Source: Eledone cirrhosa
Taxonomy: Eukaryota
Direction: 5' to 3'
NCBI GenBank assembly: GCA_964016885.1
Contig: OZ024740.1
Location: 330,956,001 to 331,020,000 of the forward strand
Length of the DNA stretch: 64,000 nt
Shown: positions 11,990-28,510 of the stretch, in pieces
Layout: each line of letters begins with the position of its first letter
How positions within the stretch are numbered: the first letter of the stretch is position 1
The notes under the pieces: generated by a model
Database searches by the model: none
What the model saw: the letters and a program-made list of their open reading frames with translations, nothing else
What the model was told of the DNA's origin: nothing
Translations under genes and position numbers: made by a program

Positions 11990-13400
11990 TGATGCGGAGA
12001 GAATCGTGACAATTATAAGTCTTAAAAGCAAGGAACAGCAAATACTGGAGGAAGCCAGTTGCTATAGACTGAATATAGTCAACAAAGTGTCGTTGCTCTT
12101 GTACTGGAGATTTAGATGGAGGATAGAAACTAATATTAAGGTGTTGCGCCGAAAAAAAAAAAACATCTGCACAGGTCGGAGTGTTTAGTAATTGATTCGG
12201 TTTTTGTGGATGATCTCCTCAATTTGTGCTGGAATCTCGTATTAAGAGACTGGCTGAGCTGTCAGCTAATCATCATCTTAGTATCTGCAACCTGAGACTA
12301 TCTAATTTCAAGAAATTAAACAAACATTTCAGGTCCAGCGTAACCATCAAGATGCAATGGGAAGAGCTCGTGAGATAAGGAAATTAGGCACCGAAGTGCA
12401 GATACTATTGCATACAAATTCTGGTTAAACAGAGGAAGTTCACACGGCGTAGAGAGTGACTATTTAGCTTGCTCGTGTTTGCTTCAGCTGTAAAATTCTG
12501 CGGGCGAAAGTAACTGACGGAGGCTGATTATACGAGGGCAATTAAATAGCTCAAATGTGGCAAGGTGGGTGCACTGGATGACATTCGGTCGAAATTGTTA
12601 AAAATCATAAACTGAGAAGATACTATCTGTCTAACACGTGTGTGCCTGGATATCTGAAAAGGCACCTAATCAAGGAAAATCGGGATAATGCCAATTTTCA
12701 AAAGTGGAGACAAGAAAGATTGCTATATTTATTGAATTATCTCCATTTTAAAACTCCGTCATGAATTCCATGGCATCCGTCTGGCGAAGAGATGTATCAT
12801 CGAGTCCAAATTTGCTGGAGAAATGTGGAATTATTTCCCCAGACGTAGTAGTGCTTAATAAATATTCACACTGAGGCAAGTCGTTGATGAATCGTGAGAG
12901 TATTGCCAAGACGTGTATACTTCTTTCATATACCTCGAAAGGATATTTGACTGCATTCATCGGGGCATGTTGTGGACGATTCTGTTGGTGAATGGGATTG
13001 ATGGACACATATTTGTTGCGTATATGTCTCTATTCAAGTACTGCACCAATATTTCACTTCGAAGAAATGGTACTAAGTTAACTCTCTCGTCCATAATCTT
13101 CATGGACAAGATTGACCGGCGAAGCAGATCTCATGTGATATGAAGGTAGGCGTATGTAAAATCGGGCGGCTAGAAGTTACTTAGAATATGATATTACTTA
13201 AAAAGTCAAAAGTTGTTCTACGACATACACTATATAATTATTGCTGCCGAGTGCTGGAAGGCAGCAGTGCTGCGAAGACTGAGACACCCATCCTCTCGAG
13301 GAAGCTAGCGAGTGCCATTTACATTGTAGCTGGGCCAGAACTTCAAGTATCTTGGGGCCGTGTTCTCGAGAGATCGAAAGCAGGCGGCTGAATTGAATTC
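11990..13400 (+). mobile_element. Heavily decayed RTE-clade LINE relic (Rex3/Expander-like)
   Basis: RIVTIISLKSKEQQILEEASCYRLNIV (APE N-terminus-like) at ~12002; GALDDIRSKLLK at ~12568; GIMPIFKSGDKKDC at ~12682; FKYLG at ~13342. Confidence 0.6.
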
Positions 13401-13425
13401 AGTAATTTTAGGAGATGTTACAGTA

Positions 13426-13533
13426 AAGAAGAAGAAGAAGAAGAAGAAGAAGAAGAAGAAGAAGAAGAAGAAGAAGAAGAAGAAGAAGAAGAAGAAGAAG
13501 AAGAAGAAGAAGAAGAAGAAGAAGAAGAAGAAG
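13426..13533. repeat. (AAG)n microsatellite
   Basis: Direct reading. Confidence 0.97.
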
Positions 13534-13990
13534 ATTTTATGAGAGGATATTCGCAGTTGGAATGCCTGTTATCATAGGTTGATATTGCAAAACAGCAACA
13601 TACATAAATACATCAATACCCTTATTCTAAACTCAGTTAAACATAAGTTTACATTGACGCCATGTTCATGTCGTTCATTAGCCTAACTACATATCTATCG
13701 GTAAAAACAAAGACAAATACATAGCAGATAGAATCAAAATCAAATGTTTATAGCATCGGACATTCTACCGGAAGCATCAATCCGCGCGAATCGAATTTGA
13801 ATCCTTTTTAAAGAAAATACGAAATTATTGAAACCTACTTATTAATACACTCCATATTTGTATTTGTCTGTGGCGAATGAAACATAGTGTTAAAAAGTAA
13901 AAAAAAAAGAAAACAATAATGTTTTAGTAATTTTATTCCATTTTGAGAAATAATATTCCAAACTCGCACTATACACATACATACACCCCA

Positions 13991-14070
<80 letters not shown>

Positions 14071-14191
14071 GAATCGAACATCATTAATGTCCTGTATAAC
14101 TAATATTACGTACATATGAATATATATATATATGTGTGTGTGTACGTGTGCATACTTACATATATATATATATATATGTATATATGTATAT

Positions 14192-14222
<31 letters not shown>

Positions 14223-15437
14223 CATATATATACATATACACTTACATATATATATATTTGTATGTGTATGTATGTGTTTGTAGTTATATACACAGAATGT
14301 GAGCATAGATTTCAGAATATAACCGGACTGTTGAACAAATATATTCAATATATGAGGTAGGAATTTGCATCCTTAGCGGCTGATGTAATCATAGTTTTAA
14401 AATAAAACTCGCTATGCATATTTGCATCATTATCACTATAGCGGCAATTTTAATATATATTCCTTACCACAGTTATACTTGACAAATTCTCATATGAAGC
14501 TTCTTATTAAAACTGATACTTTGATTATTAAGGATATTTATGTACGATATACTGCTGCCATTCATATTCTTCCCTATGTGAGTGAATATCAAACTTTATA
14601 AACTAATACTTTGATCTCTATATATAAGTTAGGAAGCGAATCCTCTTACTGATGTTTCTTTCAACTCATCCTTTGATGCATTTGTAAGCCGCAGGCCCGT
14701 CTATATCAATATATTTCAATTCCTAAAGACTCCACTAATAACAACATTTCACGAATGATAAGATATATGTAAACTATATGAAAGCAAATATTTACAAAAG
14801 AAAAATATACAAACGTTTATGATCTTAATTTCAGCAATGTTGGTGGTGACAATCTTACAATGGAAATATTTACCTTATATATTGGAATTATTCTGATATG
14901 AGTATATTTCTCTCCATATTAAAGAGACCCACCGGAAAGTTAATCATAGCAGTTGATTATTTTAGAGATATATAATGTATAGTCTATTGCGAACTTTCCA
15001 TATATTGGAACCTCATTTGTGTGATTGCTTTTGGAAAATGTTTCACGTCACTTATTTCAATTTTTCAACAACAGAAAGAAAACTAAAAGCTATAAAGTCA
15101 CAGATAACACATCAAGGAACTAAAATTATGTTAAATATGTTGTTAGGATGTAAAAAAGATGATAATGTGACTCATCAGATGTATATATGAATGATAATGT
15201 GGCCCGATGACTACATTTAAGAAAAATTGTTGTCAAAATAGAATTGATTATTTTATCTTGTGTTCATCGTTCTCCTTCAAACAGTTAAATACCCGTGAGT
15301 CTTATGTGCAACCAAACTTTCAGCAACAAAGCCACGAAGCCTTCATACATATATTCTAGGCTTGCTGACCACAATAATAAGCTATAGTAATATTTCTTAC
15401 AACTTAAGTCCTGATTCGAAAAGTGAAAGACTTTCAC

Positions 15438-15637
15438 NNNNNNNNNNNNNNNNNNNNNNNNNNNNNNNNNNNNNNNNNNNNNNNNNNNNNNNNNNNNNNN
15501 NNNNNNNNNNNNNNNNNNNNNNNNNNNNNNNNNNNNNNNNNNNNNNNNNNNNNNNNNNNNNNNNNNNNNNNNNNNNNNNNNNNNNNNNNNNNNNNNNNNN
15601 NNNNNNNNNNNNNNNNNNNNNNNNNNNNNNNNNNNNN
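15438..15637. other. Assembly gap (200 N)
   Basis: Run of N. Confidence 1.
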
Positions 15638-15783
15638 AAGCATAGAGTTACGCCCCTTTATGATCTGAGTTCAAATCTCGCCAAGGTTAACTTTGCCTTT
15701 CATCCTTACAGGGTCGATAAAATAAAGTACCAGTAATACACTGGGATAATTGATGGCCTTGTGCCAAAAGTAGAAACAATTAT
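15638..15783 (+). mobile_element. tRNA-derived SINE, copy 2 (5' end lost in gap)
   Basis: GAGTTCAAATCTCGCCAAGGTTAACTTTGCCTTTCATCC...GGGTCGATAAAATAAAGTACCAG and tail GGCCTTGTGCC...AGAAACAATTAT. Confidence 0.85.
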
Positions 15784-15809
15784 CTATAGAATGTCAATGT
15801 TATATAAGC

Positions 15810-15867
<58 letters not shown>

Positions 15868-15906
15868 GATATTAATAAATGGAAACTATATTTATAAAAC
15901 CACATT

Positions 15907-15971
15907 TATTTCATTATACATATTTCAGGGATACCAAATTAAATTATGGTATGCCTTCATCAGACAAAATA
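15907..15971 (-). ncRNA. Minimal type I hammerhead ribozyme motif
   Basis: Minus strand: TATTTTGT CTGATGA AGGCATACCA-loop-TGGTATCCCT GAAA TATGTA TA ATGAAATA. A decayed second copy (CTAATGA core) lies ~330 bp away at ~16237-16299. Confidence 0.75.
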
Positions 15972-16044
15972 CAATATATAACAGTTTTACAAATAAGCTT
16001 CGACGTACCCTTTTAAAATGCAACCATTATTTTTGGAAGCCAAC

Positions 16045-16102
<58 letters not shown>

Positions 16103-17039
16103 TAGAAGGGGTATTTAATTTGTTGGAATTCCGACAAATATAAATGTTTATAACTGATTTAGAGCACTCAACAGTTTACTGGCGTAAATATTCAATGATA
16201 TTAAATAAATGGAAACTATATTTATTAAACCATATTTATTTTATTATATAAATTTCAAGGCTACCAAGACACATTGGTACGCTTTCATTAGCTAAAATAC
16301 AAAGTTTGTTTTATAAATAGAGACATACCCATGGAAATCATACATTATCGGTTGAAAATTCAATGGATAGTGGCAATATATTAGGGATTTTTCAAACTTA
16401 TGTGTGAATATGCAAATGAATATGTAAATAATTGAAAACCAACCGTTTATTTAAACGACTATGGAGAGAGAGAGAAGAGATAAGAGGAGAAGTATAAAAT
16501 AGGGCGAGAGAGAGAGAGAGAGAAGAAAGAAACAAGTGAAGATGAATAAAAACTCATATAACGTTAATTTGAGGGAAATATATTGTAAGTATATATCTTA
16601 ATAGTACGTGTATTTCCGATTATTAGTTGTTTAAAATTTCTTTATAATATAATATTTTTCTTCTCTTATAAGTAGATAAATAAATAAATAAATGAATAAA
16701 TAAATAAATAAATAGATGGGTATATCGTTTTATCGATAATCGATCTAATGATTTATGAGGGATAATGGTTTTGTATTTAATGTAAATAAATATTAAGTAA
16801 AATTAAATTAAATTAATTGAGTTAATAAGAATATTTATATTTATATGATTTAAAATGGGAAGATACGGAAAAAACCCCGGTTTAATTTATTTATTCGTTA
16901 GTGTGAGACTATTTAGTCAAAATAAGTATAGATGTTGAAAGATACATTTAGCCAGAATCAGTTAGTGGTTATAAATCTATTGAAAACATATTGATTTTAA
17001 ATTATAACTGATTGCTAAATAAGGGAATTCTTTAGGATT

Positions 17040-18757
17040 TCTTCTTCTGTAAAAGATGTACCTTTACCTAAGAATAAGGACTATTTTAAACAACTCATTG
17101 AGAAATCTGACTCCTTTATACGAAGACTTAGATGGCGTGCCTTCCATCTCGATATAAAATCAGATGTAAACACAAAATCCAGTTACACAATCCAGTTACT
17201 TCGATATGATCTTCAAATCCAAGAAAGTTTCACCTAACAACAAACTATTAATGGAATTTGAAAATGAAATAATATCGATTATACAAAACATCAAATTCAA
17301 GAAAAACCAATTTGTAGGGCAGGAATACCTTGAAACCCTCAATGATAATATAGACAATCTTGAAAAAATTGAGAAGATCCTCGTAAAATCTGACAAACTA
17401 ACAATTTATACGGAATGCAAAAGGATGAATACAATAACCTTATATTGAAAGAACCAAGGAAAAACAACTAATGAAGATATTGAAATGGTAAATACAGAAG
17501 CTTCTGAAATAATTCATAAATTAGGCATCGAAAATAGGGCAGAACCCTTTATACATAGAAGACCGAAAATTAACCTGAAAGACCACAAAAGAAACTTTGA
17601 AATAGAACTACCAGTCAGACCTATAGCACCATCTAAATCAGACTTAGGCATAGTTAGTAAACATATATTAGATAGAATCATACCGCAGCTTAAAGAAATA
17701 TCTTACCTAAAACTATTGAACGGTTCAATAACATAAAATTTAAACATAAAAAAAATTCATTCAAATGTATATTGTAAACTACTACTCCTCTATTACTCCT
17801 AGTTTACTTAATAAAGCTCTTATCCATGCATCTAAACATACAGATTTATCTAGCAAAGAAATGCATATCATTTTAACTGCACGGAAAACTTTAATTGAAT
17901 TCAACAATCATCTCTGGACAAGAGCCGATAAAAAAAATAATTTTGATATCACCCTAGGATCATCTGACTCGGCGCAAATAACGGATCTTGTGGGGCTATT
18001 TATTAATAATACACTGCATAGAAAAATACCAGACATGACCGGTAGTTTATATCATGATGATATGCTGCTTTTAACTGAACATCACAGTAATTGTGAAATT
18101 AATAGGAAAAGAAAATCCATAATACAACTCTTCAATAGTTACACACTTAAGTTAGAAATAGAGAATAACTATAAAATTGTTAACTTTTTAGACGTAACAT
18201 TAAACCTTAACACAGGGCTCTATTATCTATTCCATAAAATTAATGAGAATCTAAACTATGTAAGTTTTAACTCTAATCATCCTAGATCTATCAAGAACAC
18301 TATTGTCAATTCTGTTCAACAACGGATTTCACGCATCTCCGCTAATAAAAACATGTTTTACCATAAGGCAGAATATTATAGTGAAGGTTTAAATAGAGCA
18401 GGGTATATCATTAAGATTAAATACATCGACAACAGTAATAAGGCTACTAATAACCCTACTATTAATTGTAATAATAATAACAAATTTAACTTAAACTTTA
18501 AAATTAACAGAAGAACTAGAACTAGAAATATTATTTGGTACACACCCCCATTCTCATTAAGCGTAAAAACACCTTTAGCAAAGCTATTTTTTAAAGCACT
18601 AGATAAATGTTTTACTAAAGCCCACATATAGCACTCAATCTTTAACAGACATACTATAAAACTATCCTACTCTACTACTATGAACATAGTACAAAATATA
18701 AATAGAATTAATAATAGAAATTTAAACTCTAACCAAAATAACCAAAATAGCAGTATA
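17040..18757 (+). pseudogene. Decayed Penelope-like element RT (same broad clade as 53724-56165), 3'-truncated
   Basis: KDVPLP...FIRRLRWRAFH; INLKDHK...RPIAPSKSDLGIVSK; DITLGSSDSAQITDLVGL; LYHDD; VNFLDVTLNL; SNHP; IIWYTPPF. Contains stops and frameshifts. Confidence 0.88.
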
Positions 18758-18767
18758 ATAGGGTGGG

Positions 18768-18811
18768 ACCGTCCTGACGAAGGCCAGTTAAGCCTGAAAT
18801 GTATAGACGGT
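18768..18811 (+). ncRNA. Minimal type I hammerhead ribozyme motif
   Basis: ACCGTC CTGACGA AGGC-CAGTTAA-GCCT GAAA TGTA TA GACGGT. Confidence 0.88.
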
Positions 18812-19090
18812 TGTCCCCCTTGCTTCTTCTGGACATCACCAGAGGGCGTTAGCCCCCCGTTGTTTGCATAGCTACGGCTTCCTAAAACCGTATTTCCTTG
18901 GAGATACGAAATATTTATACATATTTTATAAAGCTATGCTTGAGGCGAAACACTATTTCCTTTTTATGATAAGTTGAGCGAACTTATGCAGCTTCATATG
19001 CAAATGGGATTAATCACCTTATTTACACAGACGAGAAATGTATATATTCTCGCCTGTCTTCTAGTTCAGCAGTCGCAGGCTGTGGGTGGG

Positions 19091-19134
19091 ACCGTCCTGA
19101 CGAAGGCCAGTTAAGCTTGAAATGCATAGACGGT
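19091..19134 (+). ncRNA. Minimal type I hammerhead ribozyme motif
   Basis: ACCGTC CTGACGA AGGC-CAGTTAA-GCTT GAAA TGCA TA GACGGT; palindromic stem III (ATGCAT). Confidence 0.9.
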
Positions 19135-19579
19135 TGACCCCCTAGCTTCTGCTGGACATCACCAGAGGGCGTTAGCCCCCCCCCCCCCCCCCCGCGGTGT
19201 TTGCATAGCTACGGCTTCCTAAGACCGTATTTCCTTGGAGATACGAAACATTTATACATATATATATATATACTCATACATATGTATGTGTTGTGTGTGT
19301 ATGTGTGTGTGTATTTAGCTACAAAAAAAGAACAGTCGTGTTAAAAGTATATATTGAGACTGGCCACAGAATATAAGATTGACATGCATCTCGAAACCTG
19401 TAATATTTGATAAAAATTAACTGTTTATTCAATCGGATTAAAGAGAATGAAATTTCAAATATACTTCATTGTTTCCTTCTCTTACAATTTAAGCTTAACC
19501 TACGATTTGTGTAGAAATTTATCAACTTATACAACTATCTCTATCTATCTATCTATCTATCTATATGTCCCTCTGACTC

Positions 19580-19640
<61 letters not shown>

Positions 19641-20078
19641 GGCAGCAGCACTATGAGCGTGTTACACATAATAATTGTGTATATAAAAGCACATAATATA
19701 TATATGTGCATCAATAAGCATATGGGTCTGTTGCTATTAAAGAGAAAGTATATTTTCCATGACAAATAAAAGTTTCTGTTTTTACTCGACGAACGCGTCA
19801 AAGATTTGTCCGTGGTAGCCGAGAATGCAAGACGGTGTTGGTTCAATATTCCTTAATTATTTTACATTCATTCAACCGATAGTGAGATGGAAATACGTGA
19901 GAATTTACATAGTTTTACATCGTAAACTTTTGTTGGAGGTCCCGTTATGCATGTAATGTGAACTTGCCTGGTTAAAACTAATTTGCATTAGCGCTAAATT
20001 AGCACTGAGATAACATTAACAGTATATGAAATTGAGTGGTATATATGTGTGTATTTTTCTGTCTGTCTCTGTGTGTGT

Positions 20079-20176
<98 letters not shown>

Positions 20177-21479
20177 TGGTGCGTGCGTTTCTATGTGTTT
20201 AAATGTACTCGCGCATGAAGTTAATAAATACATATATAAATGAACGTAAATGTATATCTGAAATACGGAAAGTAATTCTATCGTTTACGTTCACGTGAAT
20301 GGCATATTCATAATTTGGTATATCCCGAAGAGCAGACTCATTCAAAAGGTCATCATAATTTGTATATTAGTAGGGTACATGTTGGAACCTAATTTACCTG
20401 TTTATAAATGTGTGCGCAAAGCAGCGGATGTGTATGAAACATGTCTATATATATATATGGAATATATGTAACCAAGTTTGTGTAAATGTGTTTATAAATT
20501 GCTAAATTCTTCAGTATATTGAAATATAACATGCAAATATTCATATTTTTCCTCTAAAGTGAGAACACATAAACACGTTTAACGAGTTACACATAGCTTA
20601 GTTTGACTGGTATATCACGAAAACAAATACAAAAAACAACTAATCGAAGGCCTTATCATACACTATCACAGAATCAGGAAATTAATGCACAAATTAGCGT
20701 ATTATGAGAGCTCTTTTTTAGTAGCGAAATCACATTTATATTAAATTATGCACTAAACAGCCGATTTATATGCTAAGATTATATCTGTATGCAGAGATGT
20801 TTGGTGTACACATTTACACACTTTTAATATATAAACATGTCAATCATATGTTGTTCACTAGATTATATACATGCCTTAAGATCAAAGCGCTCTAAATATT
20901 TATCTATTTTCAAATAACAACGGAATAAATATATTTGGCATGTATATATGTCTAAGTACTAAAACCGTCTAAATTTATATAAAGATTTACTCACTATTGT
21001 TTTTATTTTCTATTCAGCATACGTTCAGATATAATTTGGTACATATTTCGGGTGCTTAGTTCTAACTTAATACATGCATTCACTAGTCTATTTTGATTGA
21101 TTACCAGGTCAGACGTCTGGATTTATGTTGAATAATGCCTTTACACTCAGAACCTCAAAATGACCCAGAATAGGCGACTGAAGATGGAAATTAAACGCAT
21201 GTTTCTTTGGATATGTTTATTTGTTTCATTCTCATATTATAAATACATATTATAAATACATATATATATATGTATTTATAATATGAATATATATATATTT
21301 GGTGTGCGGGTACAGGCGTTGCGTGGGTGTTTGTATGTGTGCGCGTGTTTTTGTCTACGTGCTTGTACTTGCTTACCCATGGCGGGTGTTTTCGCGTAGG
21401 CATGTGTATATGGATGCGTGCATGTATATATTTATTTCTGTTGATTTCAATAACCTCTGTAATTTATTTACATTATTCT

Positions 21480-21886
21480 TAACTCTGAAGCCGAGAATCA
21501 TTCGGTTTCCTAAATGGATTTTTAGTCTACGACTTCATTTATACCATAAACGTAGTTTTGTCTTTGCGTGTAATTGTTCTCAACGCTTCACATAATGACG
21601 TATTATCTCGGTTTTTTTCCGTTCTTTGGCAGGGAAAGTCTCCACGAACCAAAGTATCGTCTTCCTGTTTTCCTTCGGCTGCAACGATTTTAGAAATATT
21701 TACTTCTGCGTTCACATATTGATTTTTTTAGTTTCAGAAGATCCCGTTAAGGGGGAAAGCAGCGATTCTTTGCTTAAACTTTAATCTGTTATTTTAATAA
21801 ATATATGCTCTAGGGTCCTTATATATTTGATATATATTTATCCTTATCGAGTCCTCTTTGGATTTTAGTCTTCAAAATTATTAATA

Positions 21887-21890
<4 letters not shown>
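21480..21890 (+). repeat. Interspersed repeat (PLE pseudo-LTR-like); related copies at 24222-24630 (-), 25138-25380 (+), 37790-37997 (+), 62405-62435 (-)
   Basis: Shared AAAGTATCGTCTTCCTG...TTTCAGAAGATCCCGTTAAGG...AAAGCAGCGATTCTTTGCTTAAACTTTAATCTG. Confidence 0.8.
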
Positions 21891-21978
<88 letters not shown>

Positions 21979-22819
21979 GAGGGAGATAGATATATAAGCG
22001 GCGCACTCAAGGCCGCTGATCGTTTATGATGTCCTGTTTCAAGCGCCGAAATATCTATGATCTGTGGTTAACAGCTGATGAAGTATTTCTTCTCTAGTTT
22101 TGCCCAAATTACCATCTTAAACCCTGTTTACAGTAACCACACAGCTTGCTTCGTTTCTTATATATCTATATATATATGTATATCTATCTATCTATACATA
22201 TATATACATACATATATATGTGTGTGTGTGAGTGTGTCTGTCTGTGTCTGTGTATGTACGAGCGTGTGTGTTGCTGTATTATTGCTGTATGTACGAGCGT
22301 GTGTGTTGCTGCATTATTTATGTGCTTATTGAATATTTAGCAAAGTATATATAAATATATAATAATCACACCTATACCATACACCCAGCTTTCTAAACAC
22401 ATTCACACATTTTATGTGTGAAAACTATATATTCATCGCTTTAAAGAAATAAAATAAAGCATTCTGACTTTTCCCACGCAATAGAGTTCGTTTTGCGATC
22501 GATTATATGATATCAACAAATATATATTAACAATAAATAATGAATTATGACCAACTCTTTAGAAGTATTGATACATAACTGTACTTAAAATATTGATCAA
22601 TGTGTTTCCTGTAATATATCAGGCAAATGTCCCAATCCACGAAGAAAGAAAAATGGCAACTTTGTAATGTATTTATATAGTCTCAATATCAGAATTATAC
22701 AAAATGTGTTATTCGTCTGGTATGTTAATGGTTTGTGATACTGGTAAAACTGATAGGTGTGTTTGCCGAAATGGCTTTATATGTATAAGTATGTGTACAT
22801 GTATAGACACACGGACACA

Positions 22820-23010
<191 letters not shown>

Positions 23011-23059
23011 AAAAATTGAACGGCAACAAAACAGAGAGGCAGTACGAACAAATGTTTAT

Positions 23060-23706
23060 TAGTTTCACGCTCTTGAGAGTGGGGTGGTGGTGGGGAACGA
23101 CGTTTCGGGCATAAGCCCTTCTTCAGGTGAAAAGTGTGTGGGAAGAGAGTTCCAAGGGTGTGTAGGGGAGTGGTGGAGAGACATATAGAAAAAAGGGGGT
23201 GAGAGGAAACGGTACAAATGAAATTAAATATAAAAACATAATAAAAATTAAAATAAATATGAAGTAAAACAAGTGGTGGAAGGGTGAGGGGCGTGTAGGG
23301 GTGGTGACGGGTGGAGTGGGGAGAGGGAGGCGGGGTGTCCGAGTGGGCAGAGCTGAGGGTGGTGTGTGTGTATAGGTGTACGTGTGTGTGTGTGTGTGTG
23401 TATGTGAAAGTAAGAGTTGGGGGAAGAACGGGGTTACATGTTCAGGAAGAGGTGTGTGTGGGGTGGGGTGCAGGTTGGAGTGTGTGTGCGTGTGTGGATG
23501 GGGAGGGGTCAGGGAGGTGGTGGGAGAGGATTCCAGAGGCTGAGTGTGTAAATATGTGGTGGTACGCACGTGTGTGTGTGGTGTTTATGCGTGTTGTGGA
23601 TGTAGGTGGCGTGTGGGAAAAATTGTTTTTGAGTGTAAGTCAGTGGGTAATATCCTTGGGATGTGGTGGAATCTAGGGATCGATGTTCAATATGTGTAAT
23701 CCGTGG
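23060..23706 (-). mobile_element. PLE pseudo-LTR fragment with a Penelope/Poseidon/Neptune-style hammerhead core (23097-23130)
   Basis: Minus strand: TTTTCAC CTGAAGA AGGGC-TTAT-GCCC GAAA CG TC, then AATAAA ~45 nt downstream; sits between (TA)n tracts. Confidence 0.65.
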
Positions 23707-23793
<87 letters not shown>

Positions 23794-24103
23794 GTATGTA
23801 TATATATATATATATGTATTTCTTTCGCCCCCTGTCACGTCAGTTAACTCTTCCTCACACTTCCACTCACTCACTCACTGTTTCTCCTCTTCTTTCACTT
23901 CGCCCCGATCGCGACGAAAACATTTTCTCTCTTTCTCACATTTGGATTCGTTCCCGAAAGGTCTTTTTCTAACCGCTCATATATTCACCTAGCTTATGCT
24001 AACAGAATAACTATGTAGCTTGTTCCCTTCCTTCTACGGTTAACTTATTTTATTACATGTTATCCATGTGCAACCTGCAGTATTCTTCTCCCCATATTTT
24101 CAC

Positions 24104-24211
<108 letters not shown>

Positions 24212-24221
24212 ATATATATTT

Positions 24222-26572
<2,351 letters not shown>

Positions 26573-26678
26573 TGGTCTTTAAAGCGATGAAATGCCTATG
26601 ATGGTTGGAAGATCACTGATGAAGGACAAACTTTTTTCATATGTAACCCATTTGCAACTCCGCAGCACCCTTATTTTC

Positions 26679-26753
<75 letters not shown>

Positions 26754-26985
26754 AATATTTTCGAAACAGCGAGCGGGTTTGAAATTATTAGAAATGTAAA
26801 TTATCGCCGTATTTTGACTAAAGAAATTAAAGAAATTATTTAGCCTGATAGTGGAGATATGGAAAAAGGAGAGTGAATTGGTACTCACGGGGGAACGGAT
26901 GAAAAACCCCAAAGCACGCACTTCATCCGTTCCCATGTCGATTCAATTTGGATTGCCTCGGAAACATAACCTTATAATGTAACAA

Positions 26986-27059
26986 GCTGTCTGATGATGT
27001 CACGACACTTGCACATAGAACAATGTGGCCAGTGTCGTTATTGAAATATATATCACAGC
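26986..27059 (+). ncRNA. Type I hammerhead motif with extended stem II
   Basis: GCTGT CTGATGA TGTCACGACAC...GTGTCGTTATT GAAA TATATA TC ACAGC. Confidence 0.8.
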
Positions 27060-27067
27060 ATTATTAT

Positions 27068-27250
27068 TTGGCAGTATCGGTAGAGGGTCAGACGCCATGC
27101 TTCCTAGCATAGTTATGTCCCTTTATGATCTGAGTTCAAATCCCGCCGAAGTTAACTTTGTCTTTCATCCTTATGGGGTCGATAAAATAAAGTACCAGTA
27201 ATGTACTGAGTAATTGCTGTCCTTGTGCCAAAAAGTAGAAACAATTATTA
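27068..27250 (+). mobile_element. tRNA-derived SINE, copy 3, inserted into a hammerhead-bearing repeat
   Basis: Same A/B boxes, core and tail as the other copies; flanked by ATTATTATT on both sides. Confidence 0.85.
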
Positions 27251-27365
27251 TTAAAGGACTTGAACATCTGAAACTACTTCGCTTTTCCTTATTCGATATT
27301 TACTCCGTCACTCCTATGTGGAAAATTTCGTTGAGTGCTTGAATTGAATTGCATCAATGTTTACC

Positions 27366-27468
<103 letters not shown>

Positions 27469-27763
27469 GAGTTATAAACTCAAATAGTCTTTTACAATTA
27501 AATAGCTCAAAGAAAGGAAAATTTCTGAGCCGTGTAATACAAATGAATATATGATAGGGTTAAACAATGATACAAGTATACATGTGTTTGCATTGCAAAT
27601 GACTAAGTTAGCTAGATTGAAAAATACTAATTGAAATAATACGGTTTGCCTGTCTCAATTTAAAATAATAAATCAATAAAAACAAACCTATATAGCTAAC
27701 TTAGTCATTTGCAATGCAAACACATGTATACAGGTATCAGTGTTTATCCCTATCATAGATTCA

Positions 27764-27834
<71 letters not shown>

Positions 27835-28115
27835 CTAAATATATATATATATGAGTCTGTCCGTGTGTCTATACATGTACACACATACATATAAAGCCCT
27901 TTCGGCAAACACACCTGTCAGTTTTACCAGTATCACAAAACATTAAAATACAAGACGAATAACACATTGTGTATAATTCTAGTATATATATATATATATA
28001 TATAACCAAAGATTAACATATGTCGTTGATTATTCAACGAATACAATTTCACAATAGATTAGAATCACTCGACAATAGATCTTCTTGGAGTATTTAATAT
28101 TAATCAAAATATTAA

Positions 28116-28403
28116 TAAATGAAAAATATTCTCATAATCAAAATATATATTTTATTATATATATTTGAATGGTACTATGGTGTTTAAGTACCTTTTCATA
28201 AGAAATTATATAAGATTTGATATGCGACATACCGCTACGGTTTTGATTACTCAATTCCAGTATTTCCAAAACTCTAATCAAAATCGTAACGGTATGTTGC
28301 ATATCAAATCTTATATTTTGTCTGATGAAAACGTACTTAAAAACCATTGTACCTTTGAAATATGTATAATAAAATATATATTTTGATTATGAGAATATAT
28401 TCA

Positions 28404-28407
<4 letters not shown>
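28116..28407. repeat. Fold-back inverted repeat (~135-bp arms) with an intact hammerhead at 28314-28376 (+) and a decayed one on the left arm
   Basis: TATTTTGT CTGATGA AAACGTAC-loop-GTACCTTT GAAA TATGTA TA ATAAAATA; arms are reverse-complementary with substitutions. Confidence 0.85.
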
Positions 28408-28469
<62 letters not shown>

Positions 28470-28510
28470 CATGCATATGTATATATATATATAGATATAG
28501 ATATATATTA

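Larger units (their letters stand above)
18761..19260 (+). mobile_element. 323-bp tandem repeat (~1.5 units) with one hammerhead per unit; retrozyme-like
   Basis: GGGTGGGACCGTC starts at 18761 and 19084; ~165 bp duplicated. Confidence 0.8.

Noticed and set aside
15362-15736. ORFs containing X runs
   Set aside because: Artefacts of the 200-N gap.
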